Source of the DNA: Candidatus Nanoclepta minutus
GTDB lineage: Archaea > Nanobdellota > Nanobdellia > Nanobdellales > Nanobdellaceae
Direction of reading: 5' to 3'
DNA length: 13,051 bases
Assembly: GCA_003568775.1 (NCBI GenBank)
Contig: MWMI01000007.1
Location: 1 to 13,051 of the forward strand
The notes below the pieces were generated by a model that worked only from the letters and a program-made list of their open reading frames with translations, was not told the DNA's origin and made no database searches. How positions within the stretch are numbered: the stretch's first letter is position 1; the number at the start of each line of letters is the position of its first letter. A program made the position numbers and the translations under genes. Of the stretch, positions 6,685 through 12,803 are shown piece by piece.

Positions 6685-7483
6685 TTTTATAACAATATTT
6701 ATAAAATGCACACCTCTTACATTTATCAAGCTCTTTTATAACACCAGGATCCTTACTATTCTCTAAAATATCTTCTACTTTATTCTTTATATAAAAAACC
6801 TTGTTCAATATTCCCTTAGAAAAATAAACTTCTCTTTTTTCCTTTTTCTTTAAATATAATATAACACCGTGAGGTATATCATAATCTGGGAACTCCTTTT
6901 TCATTAGAAGATAATAAGCATGAATCTGAATCAGATGGTCTCTATTCATTTTTCCAGATTTTATTTCATACGGAATCATTATTCTCTTATATTTTTCTAT
7001 CCTATCTATCCTCCCCAATAGGTTATATGCCTCGGATCTAACATCTATCTCCGTTAATATCTTCGGTTCAAGCTTATCCCAAAGTTCTATCCCGTATATC
7101 CCCTCCATCCGCATATGTTGATAGACCAACTTAGCTCTATCCTCTATATCAAACATAATGCTCGAAAGTACGTTTACCTTAAGGTCTTCCAGATCAATTT
7201 TTAATTCCTCTATATCACTATTATACTTCTCTACTAGCTCTTCGAACAGTGATAGAACATAATCCTTATATAGATTTAGGATATACTGAAAATCGTAATC
7301 ATCATCTATCTCATATACAATCTTATATTCCGATTCATTTAAATTATCAAATATATCGTGGATCATTTTTCCTAAAAATATCTGATAGTTTGTTTCTTCC
7401 CTTAAACCCAAAATCCTCTTTAAGTATACTTTTCTAGGACAAAAATTATAGTCCGTTAGATCTGTAACCCTAACATATACCAT
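6665..7483 (-). CDS. Cas4-family / RecB-like PD-(D/E)XK exonuclease with a 4-Cys Fe-S cluster motif
   Basis: There is an N-terminal Cys in TDLTDYNFCPRKVYL and three C-terminal Cys in CKRCAFYKYC. The nuclease core has GRIDRIE ... PYEIKSGK (D...ExK) and HLIQIHAYYLL (QhxxY). At 272 aa it is about 70 aa longer than typical Cas4, owing to an acidic insertion after the first Cys. Confidence 0.8.
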   Translation of the reverse strand: MVYVRVTDLTDYNFCPRKVYLKRILGLREETNYQIFLGKMIHDIFDNLNESEYKIVYEIDDDYDFQYILNLYKDYVLSLFEELVEKYNSDIEELKIDLEDLKVNVLSSIMFDIEDRAKLVYQHMRMEGIYGIELWDKLEPKILTEIDVRSEAYNLLGRIDRIEKYKRIMIPYEIKSGKMNRDHLIQIHAYYLLMKKEFPDYDIPHGVILYLKKKEKREVYFSKGILNKVFYIKNKVEDILENSKDPGVIKELDKCKRCAFYKYCYKNDRNRS

Positions 7484-7509
7484 TAAAAGATAAAAATAAA
7501 TAAAGGTTT

Positions 7510-8010
7510 ATGAAAATGTTCATTTCGGGAAATCCAATGTCTGGTAAAACTTCCCTCATAAAGAGGTTAATTGAAGACATTGGAAAGGATAAGTTCTTTG
7601 GATTTTATACTGAGGAAATTAGGGAAAATAAAAAAAGAATCGGTTTTAAGATAGTGACAACCTATGGAGATGAAAAAATTTTATCTAAAGTAGATATAAT
7701 AACTCCATACAGAGTTGGTAAGTATCATGTAATAAAAGAAAATTTAGATGAAGTTTCAAAATATATGATCGAAAATTTGGAAAAAAATAGTAAAAAGATA
7801 ATTATAATAGATGAAATAGGCCCAATGGAGATGTATTCTGAAGTCTTTAATGAACTCATAAGAATAGTCCTTAAAAAGGATATAAACTTGATAGCTACAG
7901 TTCATAGAAAACTCCTTTATATCGTACCAACATACATATGGTTAGAAAGGGGAAATTGGTGGGACTGGTATAACTATATAAAGAACAAAATAATAAAAGA
8001 AATACTATGA
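7510..8010 (+). CDS. Nucleoside-triphosphatase, THEP1 family (COG1618) P-loop NTPase
   Basis: 166 aa with Walker A ISGNPMSGKTSLIKRL and Walker B KIIIIDEIGPMEM. GFYTEEIRENKKRIGFKIVT matches the THEP1 pattern (GF.TEE.R...R.GF.I.T). Size and motif order are as in the Aquifex/Methanocaldococcus THEP1 proteins. Confidence 0.88.
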   Translation: MKMFISGNPMSGKTSLIKRLIEDIGKDKFFGFYTEEIRENKKRIGFKIVTTYGDEKILSKVDIITPYRVGKYHVIKENLDEVSKYMIENLEKNSKKIIIIDEIGPMEMYSEVFNELIRIVLKKDINLIATVHRKLLYIVPTYIWLERGNWWDWYNYIKNKIIKEIL

Positions 8011-8210
8011 AGGTAAAGGTAAGTGTAAACAAAGAAACCTGTATAGCTTGTGGAGCCTGTATAGCGGTTGCGCCGGAGATATTCAAATGGGGAGAAGATG
8101 GAAAGAGTGAGCCAATTAATGATATAATAGAGGATGGAGAACTAATAAATAAGGCTAAGAAGGCTGCATCTGTATGTCCAACTAACTCAATAAAAGTTGA
8201 AGAAATTTAA
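8007..8210 (+). CDS. Small single-cluster [4Fe-4S] ferredoxin
   Basis: 67 aa with CIACGACIAVAP ... SVCPTNSI (CxxCxxC...CP), the Thermococcales/Thermotoga-type mono-cluster ferredoxin layout. Its ATG overlaps the THEP1 stop (ATGA). Confidence 0.85.
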   Translation: MKVKVSVNKETCIACGACIAVAPEIFKWGEDGKSEPINDIIEDGELINKAKKAASVCPTNSIKVEEI

Positions 8211-8216
8211 TTTAAG

Positions 8217-8423
8217 TTGAAAAAAATATATTATAGTATAATTAAGGAATTATGTATAAATTGTGGGGCTTGTGTAGTAATATCTCCAAAATCTTTTACA
8301 ATAGATGAAAATAAGAAAGTTATAGAATCAAAAAAGTATACGGAAAACTTAGAGGAAATTGAAAGCATACTTCTAGCTAAAAAAGTTTGTCCTACTGGCG
8401 CTATAGTTACCGAGGAAATTTAA
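8217..8423 (+). CDS. Small single-cluster [4Fe-4S] ferredoxin, tandem paralog
   Basis: 68 aa with CINCGACVVISP ... KVCPTGAI, ending in EEI like its neighbour. No in-frame ATG lies upstream of the Cys motif, so the TTG at 8217 (6 nt after the preceding stop) is the likely start. Confidence 0.78.
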   Translation: MKKIYYSIIKELCINCGACVVISPKSFTIDENKKVIESKKYTENLEEIESILLAKKVCPTGAIVTEEI

Positions 8424-8429
8424 TAAATA
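8419..8429 (+). promoter_or_regulatory. TATA-box candidate for the 5-TM paralog array
   Basis: TTTAATAAATA lies at -32..-22 from the ATG at 8451 and spans the stop codon of ferredoxin 2. Confidence 0.35.
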
Positions 8430-8450
8430 CCATCGAATATTAAAGATATT

Positions 8451-9038
8451 ATGAGTCTGTATGAAGGTATTATGTCTGTACTGAAGAACTTTGGATTTTT
8501 TGATATAATACTTCCTTTTATACTGATCTATGCATTGATTTTTGGAATACTAGCAAAAACACAGATCTTAGGTGATCCTTTTGAGAAGGATAATGAAGCA
8601 AGGGCTAGATTCGTAAGGTCTATAATATCCCTAATATCTCTCTCTATTGCATTTCTAGTAGTTGGAGCCTATAACGTTGTTTTAAGGATACAGGAATTCA
8701 TTCCTTATGCTATTTTGTATATACTCTCAGTCTTCATGCTGTTAGTAAGCATGAGTGCATTTTATCTTCCAACTGGTGGACAAGTAAAAGAAAATGAATT
8801 TGAAAATTATAGGAAAGTTATATTAGTCCTTTCGATCATCATTTTCTCCATCCTAACCCTAGTATCTCTGGGAATTATCTCTGTACAAAGCATTCAGAGT
8901 GGATTAGAGAGTGGATTAAACAATGAAATAATTGGTCTAATAATAATATTTGGATTCATAGGATTCGTAATATATTGGATTACTAGAGAGGGAAAGAAAG
9001 AGGAAAAAGGGGCAAAAGGAGGTTCATCAGGTAAATAA
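8451..9038 (+). CDS. 5-TM membrane protein of unknown family, paralog 1 of a tandem array
   Basis: 195 aa with about five hydrophobic helices. The N-terminal motif SVLKNFGFFDIILPFILIYALIFGILAKTQILG is shared with the next two ORFs. The last helix ends in IYWIT and is followed by a K/E/G/S-rich tail. Confidence 0.72.
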   Translation: MSLYEGIMSVLKNFGFFDIILPFILIYALIFGILAKTQILGDPFEKDNEARARFVRSIISLISLSIAFLVVGAYNVVLRIQEFIPYAILYILSVFMLLVSMSAFYLPTGGQVKENEFENYRKVILVLSIIIFSILTLVSLGIISVQSIQSGLESGLNNEIIGLIIIFGFIGFVIYWITREGKKEEKGAKGGSSGK

Positions 9039-9039
9039 A

Positions 9040-9597
9040 ATGAGTGAGATAACAATTAGAGAAAGTTTTATTTCATATTTAGAACAATATGGGTTTTTCT
9101 CATTTATCCTACCATTCCTTTTAATATTTTCCTTGATATTTTTGCTATTAGAAGTAACAAATGTATTTAAAAGAAACGAAAACGATATCATAGGAAGAAG
9201 AATAAACATTGCCTTTTCATTTGGATTTGCCTTAACGGCAATTAGCAATATAGATATGGTAAAATGGCTAGTATACTTAATCCCAAACGCCTCTATTTGG
9301 ATATTGGGGATATTTCTATTTATTTTAGCATTGGGAATAGCTACATCAAAAATTGAGATGCCCAGATGGCTTAGAGGTGCTATCTCTTTAATTGTTATAG
9401 GTGCTATTACAGTTATCGCAGCAAACGCTGTAGTAGGTGGAACTGAGGGTATATCGATGGGACCCATAGATTATTCAATACTATCAACTGCAGCAACGAT
9501 CCTGATAATATTTGCAATAATAATTGCAGTTATAGCATGGGTGACCTCGGAACCAAAAGAAAAAGGCCAACAAACGTCTGGTTCTTATGGTCCATAA
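9040..9597 (+). CDS. 5-TM membrane protein of unknown family, paralog 2
   Basis: 185 aa with motif SYLEQYGFFSFILPFLLIFSLIFLLLEVTNVF. The last helix ends in IAWVT plus the tail SEPKEKGQQTSGSYGP. It starts 1 nt after the paralog 1 stop (TAAAATG). Confidence 0.72.
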   Translation: MSEITIRESFISYLEQYGFFSFILPFLLIFSLIFLLLEVTNVFKRNENDIIGRRINIAFSFGFALTAISNIDMVKWLVYLIPNASIWILGIFLFILALGIATSKIEMPRWLRGAISLIVIGAITVIAANAVVGGTEGISMGPIDYSILSTAATILIIFAIIIAVIAWVTSEPKEKGQQTSGSYGP

Positions 9598-10222
9598 AAT
9601 GGAGGTATATTCCTTATTAGAAAATTATGGAATATTCTCTTTTTTTGGGCCATTTCTAGTAATATTTTCATTGATGTATGGTACTTTAAGGAAATCTTAT
9701 GTATTTGGTAAAGTAAAAAGCGTAGAAAAGATATATATTATAATAGCATTTGCCTTAACCCTTTACTATCTCTATAATTTATCCGTAATAGGATTCACTC
9801 AGAGGGTTTTATCCTTCTTCTTCTATGAAATGCTAGCATTGTTATTGATATTAATAGCAATAAGCTTCCTGTTTACAACAGTATCTCCAAAAGAAAAAGG
9901 TGAGGAACCAAAAACATCAGTATTATCTGGAATATTCGGTCTATTAGTTATATTAGCTTTCTTATATGCATCTATATCCTCTCCATCAGAAGTTGGGGAG
10001 GGTGTTAGTTCTACCATAAACGGAATATTAGATTTCTTAGTAACAAGTGGGTTATTGGTGATAATAATACCGCTATTCATAATAATAGCCGTAATATATT
10101 GGGTTACTACCCCATCCGGTTCGGGAAAAAGTATTAAAGAAAAATCAAGGAATATACTACTCATAACTGATTCCACTCTAGAGGATATGATCAAGAGACT
10201 GCAGGGGGGAGAACAAAAGTAG
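9587..10222 (+). CDS. 5-TM membrane protein of unknown family, paralog 3
   Basis: 211 aa with motif SLLENYGIFSFFGPFLVIFSLMYGTLRKSYVFG. The last helix ends in IYWVT plus a G/S/K-rich tail and about 30 extra soluble residues. The alternative start at ATG 9599 would reproduce the TAAAATG junction seen between paralogs 1 and 2, so the true start may be 9599. Confidence 0.7.
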   Translation: MVHKMEVYSLLENYGIFSFFGPFLVIFSLMYGTLRKSYVFGKVKSVEKIYIIIAFALTLYYLYNLSVIGFTQRVLSFFFYEMLALLLILIAISFLFTTVSPKEKGEEPKTSVLSGIFGLLVILAFLYASISSPSEVGEGVSSTINGILDFLVTSGLLVIIIPLFIIIAVIYWVTTPSGSGKSIKEKSRNILLITDSTLEDMIKRLQGGEQK

Positions 10223-10255
10223 AAGTTTGTTATATTTTTCGCTATAATTTAGTTT

Positions 10256-11374
10256 ATGGCAAAAGTAGTTAGCATAGACGCTAGAGTTCAGGACATAATA
10301 AACGATATAAAGAACGGAGAGAACTTTATAGTAGTAGATAAAAAAGGGAGATATAAAGGCATTATATCGAATGAAAGGCTAATAAGGTATATATTCAACC
10401 CAGATACAAAAATAGAAAAGATATATGTAAAAATAAAGCCATTAAAGACATTAAATTTCTTAGAAATTGGAAGAAAAATGATTGCATCTAATAGTAGAGT
10501 AATACCGGTTGAAATAAATGGAAAAATAGAGTTGATATCTATCTGGGATGTGTTAGAAAACCTATTAGAAATAGAAAGGGCTTATTTCGAGAATACACTA
10601 GCAAGAGATGTTATGAATCCTCCAGTAATAGTTAACGAGTGGGATGACATAAAGAAGATAATAGCTATGATGAAGAGTAAAGGTGTATCTAGGGTAATAG
10701 TAACTAATAGGGAAGAGAAAGCGGTAGGAATAATTTCGATTTCTGATATAATAAGATACTTCCTGTTTAAAAAAGAGAGAGCTACAAAAGGTGAACTAGA
10801 AGAGAAAGAAGAGAAGCTTGAAGCTAGATCTTTATTAAGAGAAAGATTAATATACGCAAAAACTGATGATAACCTTTATAAAATAGTAAAAATATTATCA
10901 AAAGACAGAATATTCGCTGTACCTGTGTTAGAGAACGAGAAGCCTGTGGGAATAGTTACAGCTAAGGATATACTAGTTCATTATTTATCCTATGTAGATA
11001 GGAGAAGCCTCCCAGTGATAGTACATGGTACAAGTATAGATAAAATAGATACTGGAATAATAGAGAAAAAGTTCAAGGATTTATACAGAAAGTTCAACAG
11101 AGTAATAGGGGATAAACCTAGGTTAATAGTTCATGTAAAGAAAGGAGAGAAAGGAGAGAAGAAAGGAATCAAAAGGAAATACTTTTATATAATAAATGCA
11201 AAAATAATTAGTGATAAAATAAAGATATTTGCTTCCGAAAGTGGATACGATTTTTCATCAACAGTTAGATCATTATTCAAAATACTAGAAATGGAATTGG
11301 AAGAAAAGAAAGAAGAGAATAAGGAAAGATACTATATAGAAAGGCTACTAAAAGATAGCTTAGAATATATATAA
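10256..11374 (+). CDS. Four-CBS (two Bateman modules) protein with a C-terminal HPF/RaiA-like (S30AE-fold-like) domain
   Basis: 372 aa. There are four CBS motifs, clearest in ARDVMNPPVIVNEWDDIKKIIAMMKSKGVSRVIVTNREEKAVGIISISDIIRYF and LIYAKTDDNLYKIVKILSKDRIFAVPVLENEKPVGIVTAKDILVHYL. The C-terminal ~100 aa (nt 11009-11314) has a beta-alpha-beta-beta-beta-alpha pattern resembling hibernation factor HPF (see findings). The CBS call is solid; the HPF-like call is inference. Confidence 0.8.
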   Translation: MAKVVSIDARVQDIINDIKNGENFIVVDKKGRYKGIISNERLIRYIFNPDTKIEKIYVKIKPLKTLNFLEIGRKMIASNSRVIPVEINGKIELISIWDVLENLLEIERAYFENTLARDVMNPPVIVNEWDDIKKIIAMMKSKGVSRVIVTNREEKAVGIISISDIIRYFLFKKERATKGELEEKEEKLEARSLLRERLIYAKTDDNLYKIVKILSKDRIFAVPVLENEKPVGIVTAKDILVHYLSYVDRRSLPVIVHGTSIDKIDTGIIEKKFKDLYRKFNRVIGDKPRLIVHVKKGEKGEKKGIKRKYFYIINAKIISDKIKIFASESGYDFSSTVRSLFKILEMELEEKKEENKERYYIERLLKDSLEYI

Positions 11375-12042
11375 TGATACTAATACCTGGCGATCCTATA
11401 AATATAAACAAGAACATAAAGGTTATCGGAGACTTCTATAGGAAAGACGATAGTATATTTGCAAAAACGATAAGTCTATTTGAATCAAAGAACTTCCTCA
11501 TGAAGATAACTCCATTAAATGGAATATATATACCTAAAAAGGGAGATTCAATAATAGGAAAGGTTATAGATGTTTATGCAAATGGATGGTTAATAGACAT
11601 AAATTCTCCATACGTTGGTTTCTTACTGGTTAAAGATGCAACAGATAGGTTCCTCGATGTTTCAAAGGATGACCTAAATAACATCCTAACCTATGGGGAT
11701 TTCGTCCTAGCAAAGATCTCTAACGTTATGAAGAATAAGATAATAAACCTAACAATGAAAGAGAGAGGTTTAGGAAAATTAGATGGTGGTGTCATAGTCT
11801 CTATATCTCCAAAGAAAGTTCCTAGAGTTATAGGAAAGAACTCTTCAATGATGAATACTATAAAAAGTGTATTAAACGTTGATATGATCGTTGGACAAAA
11901 CGGAAGGATATGGATAAGGGGTAAGGATAGAAGATCGGAACTATTAGCAATAGAAGCTATAAAAATAATAGAAAAACAATCACACAGAAAGAGGCTTACA
12001 ATAACTATTAAAAAGTTTTTAGAAAAAAATAAGAATGCCTAG
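11374..12042 (+). CDS. rrp4: Exosome complex RNA-binding subunit Rrp4 (S1 + KH domains)
   Basis: 222 aa with N-terminal LIPGDPI, the S1 domain YIPKKGDSIIGKVIDVYANGWLIDINSPYVGFL and the KH domain KVPRVIGKNSSMMNTIKSVLNVDMIVGQNGRIWI. It is followed directly by rrp41. Its start overlaps the preceding stop (TAATG). Confidence 0.92.
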   Translation: MILIPGDPININKNIKVIGDFYRKDDSIFAKTISLFESKNFLMKITPLNGIYIPKKGDSIIGKVIDVYANGWLIDINSPYVGFLLVKDATDRFLDVSKDDLNNILTYGDFVLAKISNVMKNKIINLTMKERGLGKLDGGVIVSISPKKVPRVIGKNSSMMNTIKSVLNVDMIVGQNGRIWIRGKDRRSELLAIEAIKIIEKQSHRKRLTITIKKFLEKNKNA

Positions 12043-12790
12043 GTTTGATGGAAGAGAATGGAATGAAATAAGAAAAATATCCATAGAGTTAGATATCGTA
12101 CCAAATGCTGCAGGATCTGCTATATTTAAATTCGGTGAAACTTGGGCATTAGCAATAGTAGATGGGCCAAAACCTGGAAAGATGTCTGCAGGATTTGAAG
12201 AAGGGCTATTAAGGGTAAGATACGATATGCTACCTTTCTCTGTTCCTGAAAGAAAGAAACCTGGGCAGGGAAGGAGAGAAATTGAGCTATCTGAAATAAT
12301 TCAAAGGGCATTAAAACCTGCAATATTTTTAGATGAGCTACATGGATCTATAATTGATGTTTATGTTCAAATATTGAATGCTGATGCAGGAACTAGAACT
12401 GCAGGAATAAATGCAGCTTCTTTAGCATTGGCATTAGCTGGAATACCTATGAAGGATTTAGTAATTGCTGTAGCTGTTGGAAAGGTTGGGGAAAGGATAG
12501 TAATAGATTTAAATAAAGAAGAAGAGGACTATGATTCTGAAAAATTAAAGAATGATCCTGAAAAAAGCAAGTTTATTGAATATTATGGGGAAGGAAAAGC
12601 TACAGATATCCCGGTAGCAATCCTCCCATCTGAAAGGAAGTTTACAATAATACAATTGGATGGAGAAATTGAAAGAGAAAACTTAAAAAAAGCATTAAAC
12701 CTTGCTTTAGAAAAATCCATTGAAATAAGAGAGATTATGAAAAAGGCTATTTTAAACAAATATGAAAGTTTAAAATTACCAAGGATTTAA
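12035..12790 (+). CDS. rrp41: Exosome complex exonuclease Rrp41 (RNase PH domain)
   Basis: 251 aa with RFDGREWNEIRKISIELDIVPNAAGSAIFKFGETWALAIVDGP, ERKKPGQGRREIELSEII and NADAGTRTAGINAASLALALAGIPM, which are RNase PH/Rrp41 hallmarks. It overlaps rrp4 by 8 nt. Confidence 0.93.
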   Translation: MPRFDGREWNEIRKISIELDIVPNAAGSAIFKFGETWALAIVDGPKPGKMSAGFEEGLLRVRYDMLPFSVPERKKPGQGRREIELSEIIQRALKPAIFLDELHGSIIDVYVQILNADAGTRTAGINAASLALALAGIPMKDLVIAVAVGKVGERIVIDLNKEEEDYDSEKLKNDPEKSKFIEYYGEGKATDIPVAILPSERKFTIIQLDGEIERENLKKALNLALEKSIEIREIMKKAILNKYESLKLPRI

Positions 12791-12803
12791 ATTAATTATT
12801 TAT

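Noticed and set aside
6685-6729. TTG-initiated 15-codon N-terminal extension of the NFACT-half ORF (track start 6729)
   Set aside because: The extension (MINVRGVHFINIVIK) lies wholly within the 3' end of the Cas4-like gene and starts with TTG. The first ATG at 6684 gives a shorter, 20-nt overlap. The start remains uncertain.
7249-7437. 62-aa plus-strand ORF inside the Cas4-like gene
   Set aside because: It is antisense to an ORF carrying the full set of Cas4 motifs. It is a shadow ORF.
7484-7509. The strand-switch point between the minus and plus gene blocks, considered as a replication origin
   Set aside because: It is only 26 bp long. There are no ORB-like repeats or extended AT-rich unwinding element, and no cdc6/orc1 gene nearby. 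It is more simply a shared divergent promoter gap.
7895-8086. 63-aa minus-strand ORF spanning the THEP1/ferredoxin junction
   Set aside because: It overlaps two well-supported plus-strand genes and has no motif.
9016-9023. AAGGAGGT, a Shine-Dalgarno-like sequence upstream of paralog 2
   Set aside because: It ends 16 nt before the ATG at 9040, too far for canonical SD spacing. It simply encodes the KGGS tail of paralog 1.
9027-9467. 146-aa minus-strand ORF opposite 5-TM paralog 2
   Set aside because: The plus-strand reading is supported by the paralog signature shared with its two neighbours and by precise gene junctions. A long antisense ORF is expected opposite AT-rich hydrophobic coding sequence.
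9823-10194. 123-aa minus-strand ORF opposite 5-TM paralog 3
   Set aside because: The reasoning is the same as for 9027-9467: the plus-strand paralog architecture explains the region.
11141-11158. Tandem 9-nt repeat AAAGGAGAG x2 (followed by AAGAAAGGA)
   Set aside because: It is in-frame coding for the KGEKGEKKG loop of the CBS/HPF-like protein. This is a purine-rich low-complexity linker, not a regulatory repeat.
12126-12323. 65-aa minus-strand ORF inside rrp41
   Set aside because: It is antisense to the conserved RNase PH domain. It is a shadow ORF.
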